DNA from: a virus
Strand: one strand, 5' to 3'
IMG/VR virus record: IMGVR_UViG_3300005830_000062
Coordinates: 1-56,678 of that record
DNA length: 56,678 nt
Part shown: piece after piece, positions 8,734 to 17,695 of the stretch
How the letters are laid out: the number at the start of each line of letters is the position of its first letter
Numbering within the stretch: the first letter of the stretch is position 1
Position numbers and translations under genes: made by a program
Notes under the pieces: model-generated
What the model saw: the letters and a program-made list of their open reading frames with translations, nothing else
What the model was told of the DNA's origin: nothing
The model's database searches: none

Positions 8734-8990
8734 TGAGCATGGGCAGCCGCAAGATCTACGTCCCCATGCCACAGAGCGAGATGTATCGTCGCACTCTGAA
8801 TCGGGACGAGCTTGTCAATAAATATGGAGAATCTACTGTTCTAAGAGCCGAGATTTCAGTCATTCTGAATCTCCTAATGATCACGAAGATCATCCATCCG
8901 TCAGAATTCGTGGATGCTATGGTCAGTCAATGTGAAAGAATTGAAGACGAGCGACGCAAGGAAGCTCGTTTGGAGGCCGACAGAGGGTGA
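8733..8990 (+). CDS. Hypothetical protein (85 aa).
   Basis: Track ORF with 1-4 nt overlaps on both sides. Confidence 0.5.
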   Translation: MSMGSRKIYVPMPQSEMYRRTLNRDELVNKYGESTVLRAEISVILNLLMITKIIHPSEFVDAMVSQCERIEDERRKEARLEADRG

Positions 8991-9892
8991 TAATCAAAAC
9001 CTTCCCCGACATCCGTGCCCTGTGGGAGGGAGCCTACTTCGGGATGTTAGAAGATCGTCCCGGATATATCGACTACTACCAGCGTAATATCCTTCACTCT
9101 CACCAAAATCACCTAATCGCCAAGAGTGCCGTATTTGATTTCGATCTTGGGGATATCGGCCTCACGCCTACTAAGTGGTCGAAGTTCACCGGGCAGTATG
9201 TGGATGTTGAACAGCTCCATGCCTGGGTGAATAACGCGATGAATGTGAAGACCTATGACGCACTCTGGACCTTCAAGATCGTCCCGCCTAATTTTGATGG
9301 TAAGAAAGCAGTGCATCAATGGGGTAACTGCCTGCTGGGTTTCAGTTTTCGGAGACAGCCCAAACCACCAACTCTCACGTTATATACTCGGGCTCAATCC
9401 CTCGGATTTTCTGGGGTGGCTGATTACGCTCTATGTGATTTCGTTGCCAGAAAGCTCGCTGAGCGGATGGGAATTGCCCAGTCCAGTATCCGACTCCAGA
9501 TCTACTGCCCCAATTTCATCATCAAAACTGTAGAAACTGTTCATACTCTTCATAAGTTTGGAAGACTCCAAGAATTCATGGAGGCTGAGGGCCGAGTACC
9601 AGATGCCGTCCGATACTACTACAACTATATGACGAGGGATGAAGAGGATATCAAATGGAGAGCTGCTAGGAGAATGCGGACTAAGTTCCTGAATGCCCAA
9701 GATGATATCTATAGGTCCTTCCCGGTGAAGGATCTAACCATCAAAGGCTGGCATGGGCATACCAGAATCAATCGCCAGATGACTTCAAGAGAAGTCTCCA
9801 AATTGGTTCTGACAGGAGAAGGCCGCCGAGTCCCAGAACCGTTGGAAATCCAGGAGGATGCACCGGGTGAGGATTTACTCATCGTTCCCTGA
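8987..9892 (+). CDS. Divergent thymidylate-synthase-fold protein (301 aa).
   Basis: WGNCLLGFSF...TLTLYTRAQSLGFSGVADYALCDFVARKLAERMG aligns by eye to the ThyA core PCH..QF...YQRS.D..LG.PFNI.SYALL. Cys is retained but QRSxD is degenerate. Confidence 0.45.
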   Translation: MIIKTFPDIRALWEGAYFGMLEDRPGYIDYYQRNILHSHQNHLIAKSAVFDFDLGDIGLTPTKWSKFTGQYVDVEQLHAWVNNAMNVKTYDALWTFKIVPPNFDGKKAVHQWGNCLLGFSFRRQPKPPTLTLYTRAQSLGFSGVADYALCDFVARKLAERMGIAQSSIRLQIYCPNFIIKTVETVHTLHKFGRLQEFMEAEGRVPDAVRYYYNYMTRDEEDIKWRAARRMRTKFLNAQDDIYRSFPVKDLTIKGWHGHTRINRQMTSREVSKLVLTGEGRRVPEPLEIQEDAPGEDLLIVP

Positions 9893-10544
9893 CGCCCTAA
9901 ATGAACTCAAGCGAGATATCGCTGAGCTTGGGATTAAGGTTCATCCACAGACGATGCAGGATAAGAACATCGCGGATGATCCTGACTACGAGACAATGGA
10001 ATACAACAACATGATCTACACGGTTACCCAGCCGAGACTGAAAGACCTTCATGATCATGTTAAAACTCTGGATTGGTGCGAGGCCGAGTGGATAGAGAGA
10101 TTAAGCTTCATCGGTCCAGGGAAGGCTAGCGCTTGGCAACTTCGACCAGAGGTCTGGGAAGAATTTGCTGAAAGAGGTTTCGACTACACCTACGGACAAA
10201 GATATGCTGACTCCCTATGGCGGATCATCTCAGAACTTAGGGATCATCCGGACTCTCGACAACTTTTCATGTCAGTCTGGGATCCAGTTGTTGACATCGC
10301 TCGACTTGGAAATCGTCGAGTTCCTTGTTCATTAGGGTATTGGTTCCTCCTACGCCAAGGCAAACTTCATATCACCTATCTTCAGCGATCGGCTGACTAT
10401 TTCACACATCTGGCCAATGATCTGTACTTGACTAGAAGGTTGCAAGAATTTGTTGCGGAGGAGATAGGGGCTTCGCCGGGGAATTTCACCCATTGGATTG
10501 GTTCCCTGCACGTCTACAAAAAGGACGTGGCGGATGTCTTCTAG
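9858..10544 (+). CDS. Thymidylate synthase / pyrimidine hydroxymethylase family enzyme (228 aa).
   Basis: SRQLFMSVWDP, RVPCSLGYWF, YLQRSADYFTHLANDLYLT and GSLHVY match the ThyA/dCMP-HMase signature. A GTG at 9867 is an alternative start. Confidence 0.75.
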   Translation: MHRVRIYSSFPDALNELKRDIAELGIKVHPQTMQDKNIADDPDYETMEYNNMIYTVTQPRLKDLHDHVKTLDWCEAEWIERLSFIGPGKASAWQLRPEVWEEFAERGFDYTYGQRYADSLWRIISELRDHPDSRQLFMSVWDPVVDIARLGNRRVPCSLGYWFLLRQGKLHITYLQRSADYFTHLANDLYLTRRLQEFVAEEIGASPGNFTHWIGSLHVYKKDVADVF

Positions 10545-10968
10545 AATATCGAGAGATGAACTTCTTATCAGGATTGCAGACATCGTGGCAGGTCGTGGAA
10601 CCTGCAACCGGGCCGCGGTCGGAGCAGTTATCTCTATGGGCGGCCGGATCATCTCTACTGGATATGTCGGAGCCCCCTCTGGGCTACCCCACTGTACTTC
10701 AGTTGGATGTGACCCATCGAACTCTACTGGTTGCTTACGGACCGTTCACGCAGAAGCAAACGCTATTGCTTTCGCCGCCCGCAATGGAATCGCTACTGGA
10801 GATGCTGAACTCCATTGTACTCATAGCCCGTGCAACAGTTGTGCCAAACTCATTATCAACTCGGGAATCAGACGAGTTGTCTTTGACTCTGAATACCGCG
10901 ACAGAGAACCTCTTAAGTTACTTGAAATGGCTGGAATCCAGGTAGTAAAGCATGTCCCTGAACACTGA
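10534..10968 (+). CDS. dCMP deaminase (zinc cytidine/deoxycytidylate deaminase family).
   Basis: VHAEANAI and THSPCNSCAKLI motifs. Start moved to the ATG at 10534, overlapping the upstream stop. Confidence 0.85.
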   Translation: MSSRISRDELLIRIADIVAGRGTCNRAAVGAVISMGGRIISTGYVGAPSGLPHCTSVGCDPSNSTGCLRTVHAEANAIAFAARNGIATGDAELHCTHSPCNSCAKLIINSGIRRVVFDSEYRDREPLKLLEMAGIQVVKHVPEH

Positions 10969-13366
10969 GGCTCGAGAAAAGGTTTGGCTTCCTGTAAGAG
11001 AAGCAGACTGCGTTCGCTGTAACCTCCACAGGGGAGCGAAAACTATTTGTCTTCTGGGTGATGGGCCAGTCCCAAGCAAGGTGATGCTAGTGGGGGAGGC
11101 CCCTGGTGCACGTGAAGATGATGTGGAAAGGCCATTTTCCGGAGTTGCAGGCCAGTATCTGGACCGCATCCTATCAGAAGTCGGATTACCCAGAGATTCG
11201 GTTTACATCACCAATGCGGTTCGTTGCCGACCGCCGGACAATCGGACTCCCACGAAAACAGAGCTCAAGGCTTGCTCAGTTTTCATGCAGCGTGAACTTG
11301 AAATTGTTGATCCTAGCCATATCCTTCTCCTTGGAAATGCGGCGCTACAAGCCCTGACTGGTAAGACTGGGATCATGACCAAACATGGGATCTCAGTCAA
11401 GATAGGTAACCGGATTTTCTTCCCCACAGTCCACCCGGCCGCTGTGCTACGAAACCCGGCTCACGAGGGTATCTTCAAGGCCGACCTACTGGCATTTGCC
11501 CGCCTTGTCCGTGGAGTAGATTCCCGCCCGGAAACTCAAACGGCGCTAATTCGCAGCTCAAAGGGGCTCGCGAAACTTTGCTCAATGCTAGCGGCTGTGG
11601 ATACTCCTATCTCCTTTGATGTGGAGACGGGAACGAAGGAGATGGATAGAGATGAAGGTGGTCTTCAGCCTTGGGCTCCTGATGGGGTTATTCATACAGT
11701 TTCGTTTTCTTGGGAAGAAGGAAGATCGTATGTCGTGTCCCTGGAACACCCAGCTACCGAATGGGACATCCCCATCGAGAGAGTATACGCTGCCCTTGAC
11801 GTAGCTCTAGCTGGCAAGAAGATGGTCGGACACAACATCAAGTTCGACTGTCAGTGGATGGCGGCGAAGGGGGTCCATCTCTATGCTCATTTCGATACCA
11901 AGCTCGCTGCTCATCTCCTTGACGAAAATCGACCTCAGGGTCTTAAACCTCTATCTAGATCTTATCTCGGAGCTGACGAGTACGAAGCCGGAATCTCCTT
12001 TACTGGATCTGCTACCTCACTTACGCGACTTGCGATTTACAACGGTAAGGATACAGATTACACCCTTAGATTATACCACATCTTTAGAGACGAACTAAAG
12101 AAGAACCAACGACTGGCGCGGCTTTTCATGAAATTGACCATGCCCGCCTGTCGAGCTTTCATTGAGTTTGAAACTACTGGCTTCCCGATCAATATAGAAC
12201 GACTCAGAGAACGCCACAAGGAGATTAAAGCCAAGATCGTAGAAATAGAGGATAAGCTACTCTCCTTCGTTCCCGAGGAGAAAAGGGGTATCGCCAACTT
12301 CCGCTCTGTGGTCTTCCTCGGTTGGTTCTTCTTCGATCATCTTGGACTCCCGGTTATCATCACAACTAAGACTGGAAGACCGTCCACAGCAGAGCCAGTA
12401 CTCCTCCAACTTCGTAAGAAGCATAAAGCGGTTGACCTTCTAATGGAGCTGCGGAAGTGGCAGAAATATGAATCGACGTATACTCGAAACTGGCTCACTC
12501 GAGTTGGAATTGCTCGCAAGCCACGACTTTACACCTCTTACAATCTTTCGGGGACCGTCACTGGGCGCCTCTCCTCTGATATGCAACAGGTGCCAAGGGA
12601 CGTATACATTCGATCTATCATCGGCACCAAGCCAGGATGGAAATTTATTGAGGCTGACTTTTCTCAGATCGAACTACGCATTGCTGCTATGTTTTCCCGG
12701 GACCCCGCGCTCACGAGAGCGTTCAAAACAGGAGGTGACCCGCATCGTGAAACAGCGGCAAAGGTCCTCGGAAAAGCCCCGGACCTAATCTCTAAAGAAG
12801 AAAGGAAGATGGCGAAAGCCGTTAACTTCGGGTTCCTCTACGGAATGGGGGCTAGAAAGTTCAAGACCTACGCGGACGAGAAGTATGACGTGCAGGTTTC
12901 AATGGAAGAAGCTTACCGATACAGAGAAGCCTTCTTCGAGCAATACCGAGGATTACCTGCTTGGCATGAAAGGCAACGTCGTCTTGTACGAAATCTTCAG
13001 GCAGTCAATTCTCCGCTCGGGCGTATCCGCCACCTTCCCACCATCTTGTCAACTGACGAGGAGATACAGGCTCAAGCAGAACGTGATGCTATTAACTCAC
13101 CCGTTCAGGGCATGGCATCTGACCTCACAGTCCTATCAATGGTCTATCTACATCAACGACTCGATCCGCGTAAAGCTAGAATCATAGGTAATGTGCATGA
13201 TTCGATTCTCCTTGAAGCAAGAGAAGCTTATGCCGAGGAGACGGCCAATATTGTAAAAGAAGTGATGGAGAATTTGCCTCTTAAGAAGCTCTTTGGATAT
13301 TCTCCATCTATTCCCATTGAAGCAGAAGTTACAATCAGTCAACATTGGGGAGAGGTTGAACCTTGA
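10952..13366 (+). CDS. polA: Family-A DNA polymerase with 3'-5' exonuclease and an N-terminal family-4 UDG-like domain.
   Basis: UDG motifs GEAPGAREDDVERPFSGVAG and HPAAVLRNP. Exo motif FDVETG. Pol motifs DFSQIELRIAA, KAVNFGFLYGMG, NVHDSILLE. Confidence 0.9.
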   Translation: MSLNTEAREKVWLPVREADCVRCNLHRGAKTICLLGDGPVPSKVMLVGEAPGAREDDVERPFSGVAGQYLDRILSEVGLPRDSVYITNAVRCRPPDNRTPTKTELKACSVFMQRELEIVDPSHILLLGNAALQALTGKTGIMTKHGISVKIGNRIFFPTVHPAAVLRNPAHEGIFKADLLAFARLVRGVDSRPETQTALIRSSKGLAKLCSMLAAVDTPISFDVETGTKEMDRDEGGLQPWAPDGVIHTVSFSWEEGRSYVVSLEHPATEWDIPIERVYAALDVALAGKKMVGHNIKFDCQWMAAKGVHLYAHFDTKLAAHLLDENRPQGLKPLSRSYLGADEYEAGISFTGSATSLTRLAIYNGKDTDYTLRLYHIFRDELKKNQRLARLFMKLTMPACRAFIEFETTGFPINIERLRERHKEIKAKIVEIEDKLLSFVPEEKRGIANFRSVVFLGWFFFDHLGLPVIITTKTGRPSTAEPVLLQLRKKHKAVDLLMELRKWQKYESTYTRNWLTRVGIARKPRLYTSYNLSGTVTGRLSSDMQQVPRDVYIRSIIGTKPGWKFIEADFSQIELRIAAMFSRDPALTRAFKTGGDPHRETAAKVLGKAPDLISKEERKMAKAVNFGFLYGMGARKFKTYADEKYDVQVSMEEAYRYREAFFEQYRGLPAWHERQRRLVRNLQAVNSPLGRIRHLPTILSTDEEIQAQAERDAINSPVQGMASDLTVLSMVYLHQRLDPRKARIIGNVHDSILLEAREAYAEETANIVKEVMENLPLKKLFGYSPSIPIEAEVTISQHWGEVEP

Positions 13367-13392
13367 CAGCGGAGGCCTAGGTATATTATAAT
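13363..13392 (+). promoter_or_regulatory. Sigma70-type promoter, TTGACA-N18-TATAAT.
   Basis: The polA TGA stop is embedded in the -35 hexamer. RBS AGGAGG and GTG of the next gene follow. Confidence 0.6.
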
Positions 13393-13411
13393 AGATAGGT
13401 CAGGAGGCACG

Positions 13412-14455
13412 GTGGCAGATCTTATTGACGTTAACTTCAACCAATCACGACTGAAATATTTCAACCGTTGCCCAAAGCAGTATGAATACAAATACATCCA
13501 ACTTCTAGAGCCTAAGAAGAAACAAAGACCTCTCTTCTTAGGTTCTTGGGTTCATGCCGCCTTGGAAACCTACTATACTCAGGGTGATTGGAAGGTTGGT
13601 CATCTTCAATACGTCAATGAATGGAATAAGCTATTCGAAGAAGAGCGACTAGCCCTGAGAACTAGAGGGAAGACAGTCGGTCCGCCTCTGCCACAGGTGG
13701 TGGAGAGGATTATGAAGTCCTATCTCTGGTACTACCGTAATGATGGCTGGGAACCATATCTGGTAGAACAGGTTCTTGAAGTTCCAACCCCTCTTCGTGT
13801 AAATGGAAAACAGTTCATTTTCAAGGGGCGATTGGACCTGATTGTCAGGGACGAGGAAGACCTCCTGTGGCTAGTAGATCACAAGACTGCTAGTCAGATT
13901 CCGATGCCGACCTCATTCCATGCGATGGACCCACAGTTAATGCTCTATCCTTGGGCAGCTAAAATACAGTATGATCTAGATATTGCTGGAGTAATCTACA
14001 ACTACGTAAAGAGTAAGCCTCCATCCATCCCTCAGATCAATAAAGACGGATCCATCAGTCGTAGAAAGATTGTTACTGACTATCCGACTCTATTGAGATT
14101 TCTAAAACAACACAATAGGGATCCTAGGGACTACATCGAAATTCTCCGGCCGATGGCCCGGAAGTCAGAATTCTTACGGAGATACAAACTTCCACGAGAG
14201 CCTGTAGTTACTAAAGAAATCCTGCTTGATACCCTATCGGTGGTCAAGAGGATCGATGAGACTAGGCGATTTACCAGAACGATTACTCGAGATTGCGTCA
14301 GATGTGCCTACCATGATCTTTGTCGGTCAGAACTGAATGGGTTCGATACCAAGATTATGAGGGACCAGATGTTCGTTATCTCAGAGGAGGATTACGTAAG
14401 TGGCAGTGACTCTGGAACCGTCCTCGAAGACGACGACGAAAACGACGAGGGATGA
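13412..14455 (+). CDS. PD-(D/E)XK exonuclease, Cas4/RecB-like, with a Cys cluster.
   Basis: GRLDLIVRDEEDLLWLVDHKT nuclease core. N-terminal C (FNRCP) plus CVRCAYHDLC. Confidence 0.75.
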   Translation: MADLIDVNFNQSRLKYFNRCPKQYEYKYIQLLEPKKKQRPLFLGSWVHAALETYYTQGDWKVGHLQYVNEWNKLFEEERLALRTRGKTVGPPLPQVVERIMKSYLWYYRNDGWEPYLVEQVLEVPTPLRVNGKQFIFKGRLDLIVRDEEDLLWLVDHKTASQIPMPTSFHAMDPQLMLYPWAAKIQYDLDIAGVIYNYVKSKPPSIPQINKDGSISRRKIVTDYPTLLRFLKQHNRDPRDYIEILRPMARKSEFLRRYKLPREPVVTKEILLDTLSVVKRIDETRRFTRTITRDCVRCAYHDLCRSELNGFDTKIMRDQMFVISEEDYVSGSDSGTVLEDDDENDEG

Positions 14456-15221
14456 GTCAGCAACGAAGGCGGCTACTAGAATCACTCCTGTAGATAAGAT
14501 CGATGACAAGTACTTCAAGATGTGCCTTTATGGGAGAAATAAGGTCGGGAAAACCGTCTTCTCCTGCAGTTCTGAATTGAAGACTTTGATCATTGATTGC
14601 AATGAGAAAGGCTACGCTTCTGTCAGGGGGAAGCCGAATGTAGATATCTATGAAGTAACTCGCTGGGAAGAAATCGATCCTATCTACTGGTATCTTCGCA
14701 GTGGTAAGCACGACTATCAGGTTATAGTTTTAGATACCATCACGATGTTAGCATCTATCGGAATGAAATGGGTACTCAAGGACGATCTCGATAGAGATAT
14801 GACACGGGATCCATTGACTCCAGATAGGCGGAGCTATCTCAAGCTTGGGGAGATGCTCAAAGATGCTATCATCAAGTTCAGAAACCTACCTTACCACATA
14901 ATCTTCAATGCTCAGGAGAAGACTTCCACAGACGACGATGAGGAAGGGAACACTCTTATTGAAACACACCCTGAATTGTCGCCGGCTCCCAGGTCGGTTC
15001 TTCTCTCGGCAACTAATATCATCGGACGTATCTACGTGAGGGAGGTAGAGGTCAAAGGTAAGAAAGTTATGGAACGGAGGATGCTCTTAGGATCATTCCC
15101 CAAGTACGTTTCTGGTAATAGGTTCCATGAGCTCAGAGCAATTGAGCGGAACCCAACCCTCCAGGATTTCCTGGATCGAGTATACGGAGGCAAGGATGCC
15201 AGCCCCGAAAGTCCCGAGTAA
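14400..15221 (+). CDS. RecA-like AAA_24 (Sak4-like) ATPase.
   Basis: P-loop LYGRNKVGKT. VIVLDTIT Walker B. GAGGAGG lies 9 nt before the GTG. Confidence 0.65.
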   Translation: MAVTLEPSSKTTTKTTRDESATKAATRITPVDKIDDKYFKMCLYGRNKVGKTVFSCSSELKTLIIDCNEKGYASVRGKPNVDIYEVTRWEEIDPIYWYLRSGKHDYQVIVLDTITMLASIGMKWVLKDDLDRDMTRDPLTPDRRSYLKLGEMLKDAIIKFRNLPYHIIFNAQEKTSTDDDEEGNTLIETHPELSPAPRSVLLSATNIIGRIYVREVEVKGKKVMERRMLLGSFPKYVSGNRFHELRAIERNPTLQDFLDRVYGGKDASPESPE

Positions 15222-15726
15222 GCTTAGCATTGACTTCTCTAACGTCGAAGATCGACGCGAGGGCGGCAAGGCAGCTCATGTCCCGCCGGGAGATTATCTC
15301 GTTCAGGTCGTCGGTTGTGAACTGAAGACCAAGAAGGATGACGAGACCTCCAAATATCTCAGCTGGAGACTCCAGATCGTAACGCCCGAGAAGTACAAGG
15401 GGGCGGGGACAATCTGGCATACCACTAGCCTCAAGCCCGAGGCCCTGTGGAATCTCCGCAATTTCCTCGAGGATCTGGGTATCTCAGTTCCTAAGAAGTC
15501 AGTGGACGTTCCCATCCAGGCTATCGTCGCCAAGAAGTTGATCATTGGGGTGACTCTGGATGATGACACTTACAACGAAAAGACGAAGTCGAAGGTCCAA
15601 GCGACTTTCAAGAAGGCTGATTACGAAGGGACCAGTGAAGACGAGGAGACTTCTGACGGGGGCTCCGCCGAGCTCGACGCGGAAGACGAGGAAGACCTCG
15701 AGGAACTGGATGTAGACGACATCTAG
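15196..15726 (+). CDS. DUF669-like putative ssDNA-binding protein with an acidic tail.
   Basis: Internal ATG of track ORF 15127..15726. Its position after AAA_24 is a conserved pairing. C-terminus is DAEDEEDLEELDVDDI. Confidence 0.5.
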   Translation: MPAPKVPSKLSIDFSNVEDRREGGKAAHVPPGDYLVQVVGCELKTKKDDETSKYLSWRLQIVTPEKYKGAGTIWHTTSLKPEALWNLRNFLEDLGISVPKKSVDVPIQAIVAKKLIIGVTLDDDTYNEKTKSKVQATFKKADYEGTSEDEETSDGGSAELDAEDEEDLEELDVDDI

Positions 15727-15810
15727 GCCGGAGTGGTGGAACGGCAGACACAACGGACTTAAAATCCGTCGGCGAAAGCCATGAGGGTTCGAGTCCCTCC
15801 TCCGGTACCA
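15727..15810 (+). tRNA. tRNA-Leu (anticodon UAA), class II, CCA encoded.
   Basis: Hand-folded cloverleaf. Acceptor GCCGGAG/CTCCGGT. Anticodon arm ACGGA-CTTAAAA-TCCGT. Long variable arm GGCgaaaGCC. T arm GAGGG-TTCGAGT-CCCTC. Confidence 0.9.
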
Positions 15811-15811
15811 T

Positions 15812-15887
15812 AGGGGAGTAGCTCAGTGGTTAGAGCACCTGTCTTATACACAGTTGGTCCTGGGTTCGAATCCCAGCTCCCCTACCA
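15812..15887 (+). tRNA. tRNA-Ile (anticodon UAU), CCA encoded.
   Basis: Acceptor AGGGGAG/CTCCCCT. D arm GCTC-AGTGGTTA-GAGC. Anticodon loop CTTATAC. T arm CTGGG-TTCGAAT-CCCAG. Confidence 0.85.
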
Positions 15888-16223
15888 ATGAACACACGAA
15901 AACCGCCCCTAGAGAGCAGGATCGTCAAGAAAGTTCTTGAGGCCCTACGCGCTAGGGGCGGCTTCTGGGCAAAAACTCATGGCAGTCCAGTCGTTACAAG
16001 AGGACTCCCAGATATCATTGGCTGCTATAAAGGTCGGTATATAGCCTTTGAGGTAAAAAGAGATTCCTCCGGGAAACCTACCTTGTTGCAAGAATACCGG
16101 ATGAAAGAGATCAGGGCCGCGGGCGGCATCGCGACCCTGATCCACTCAGTCGAGCAGGCACTTGCCGTCATCGACCGGCTTGACGAGCTCCAGGAGGCCC
16201 GAGCCCGTAAGCGTAATTCTTAG
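15888..16223 (+). CDS. VRR-NUC domain nuclease (possible junction resolvase).
   Basis: GLPDIIGCYKGRYIAFEVK, the D...E.K core of VRR-NUC. Its ATG directly abuts the tRNA CCA. Confidence 0.75.
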   Translation: MNTRKPPLESRIVKKVLEALRARGGFWAKTHGSPVVTRGLPDIIGCYKGRYIAFEVKRDSSGKPTLLQEYRMKEIRAAGGIATLIHSVEQALAVIDRLDELQEARARKRNS

Positions 16224-16265
16224 CAGCCCTTGGAGCCGCTGTGCCGCTTCTTCTTCTTAGCCATC

Positions 16266-16508
16266 TTACTTGGTAAGATTAGCTACGGTAGCGGGGGAAT
16301 AGACAATGAACCGACCGACGATCAGTGCGATCATGGGCCACAGGAGGCCTGGAGGATCGACACCGAGCCAGGTCTGAACCAGCTCGTTGACGTTATCCGA
16401 GATGAGTCCCTGCCCGTTTGCGAAGGCAACGGCTCCGAGGATAAAGGTCAATACAGCACCGATCCAAACCAAAGGTTCTCGTTGGAACGCGTTCCAAATA
16501 GCTGACAT
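16266..16508 (-). CDS. Small two-TM membrane protein (lysis-cassette member).
   Basis: Track ORF with hydrophobic stretches. Last gene of the minus arm. Confidence 0.5.
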   Translation of the reverse strand: MSAIWNAFQREPLVWIGAVLTFILGAVAFANGQGLISDNVNELVQTWLGVDPPGLLWPMIALIVGRFIVYSPATVANLTK

Positions 16509-16520
16509 TCTCTCCCTCTC

Positions 16521-17366
16521 CTAGACGCTTCCACTCCACGTGGTCTTCCCATCAACAGTCACGGCAACAGTATGCTTGGTATCGCCACCGCCATATGGCT
16601 TGATATCTTTCGCGGCCGTCTTCCGGGCTCGCATGATCTGCTTGACTGACTGAGAAGTAACGGTGACTGCGTAATCAGAACCAACGGCGTATGGGCTATA
16701 AAGATCGTTGCCGCCTACGTAGATCTGAGTCAGTTTCTTGGTGCCAGTCTCGGCATCATAGAGGGGTGTCCCGATCGCCAGATCCAAGGTCCTGGGAGTC
16801 GGGTCATCAATCTTGACCACGTCGGATGCCTCCTGTAAGAATTCTCCCTCCCTAGCAACTGATGCATGAATTGTACCGAGTCCTAGGGCATAAGCTTTTA
16901 CAATCCCTTCCTCGATATATTCTCCCTTGTAAGTTCCTCTGCCGAGGGGATCCATCCACCACAGTTTACCATCTCTGTGGCGTTCGATATATACAGCGTG
17001 TGCGGAATCATTCCCCTTGGCGGCAAATTTTGGATCCCACCTTATATAGTGTGCTGGAAGTCGGCTATACAATCCTTGAAGCAGTGCCCCGGAATCTGGC
17101 GCCAGCTCAACTATGAAAGCACTCCAGGTCAAGGGGGCTCGCCGGAATACGAAACCATAGCGAGCTTTGGTGCCTCGGTCTACGTCGTTCAGATTACTGC
17201 CGCCGACCAAATCACCGCTCGCTGCCCTCAGAGCTTCTCTTTCCGCCCTAGTCGCTGGATACTTGTTAAGAGTTGCCTCGTTAGCAAGCATCAGGGCACT
17301 GCACCAAGAACAGTCAGTCCAATACTTCTCATCAGTTTCTGTTACGAATACCGGAGTAATGCTCAT
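16521..17366 (-). CDS. Putative endolysin (cysteine-peptidase-like N-terminal domain).
   Basis: Track ORF 16521..17489 trimmed to the ATG at 17366 (ATGA overlap). TDCSWCSALM and DSAHAVY form a Cys/His pair. It is flanked by membrane proteins. Confidence 0.4.
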   Translation of the reverse strand: MSITPVFVTETDEKYWTDCSWCSALMLANEATLNKYPATRAEREALRAASGDLVGGSNLNDVDRGTKARYGFVFRRAPLTWSAFIVELAPDSGALLQGLYSRLPAHYIRWDPKFAAKGNDSAHAVYIERHRDGKLWWMDPLGRGTYKGEYIEEGIVKAYALGLGTIHASVAREGEFLQEASDVVKIDDPTPRTLDLAIGTPLYDAETGTKKLTQIYVGGNDLYSPYAVGSDYAVTVTSQSVKQIMRARKTAAKDIKPYGGGDTKHTVAVTVDGKTTWSGSV

Positions 17367-17695
17367 TCTGATGTCTCTCGCCAAACTACTAGGAGGAGGG
17401 CCGCAACTATGAAGACTCTCAATGCGGTCAGAGCAATCCTGAAAGCCGAGTCTTCCCATCCGTATCCAGTAGGGGAAGATCCAACCCAAACTCTTAGACC
17501 AGATAGAAGAGTAGCCGATATCGCCGCTACCAAGACGAAAGTTACAAGTTTATCATTTTCATCAGATAAACCTGACGGCCTGTTCACCAGTCTGAAAGTG
17601 ATCAGGGCTATGACTAGGGCAACGGCAGATAGGACTGTTACTACAGCACCATAGCCAGAGCCTAGAAACACCTCTCCTTCTGTACTCATTATCAC
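17363..17695 (-). CDS. Holin-like multi-TM protein (110 aa).
   Basis: Three hydrophobic segments. Adjacent to the putative endolysin. Confidence 0.5.
   Translation of the reverse strand: MIMSTEGEVFLGSGYGAVVTVLSAVALVIALITFRLVNRPSGLSDENDKLVTFVLVAAISATLLSGLRVWVGSSPTGYGWEDSAFRIALTALRVFIVAALLLVVWRETSE

Noticed and set aside
15727-15887. Possibility of stop-codon recoding or a suppressor tRNA.
   Set aside because: The anticodons read UAA (Leu) and UAU (Ile), not a stop-codon complement. All large genes are uninterrupted in the standard code.
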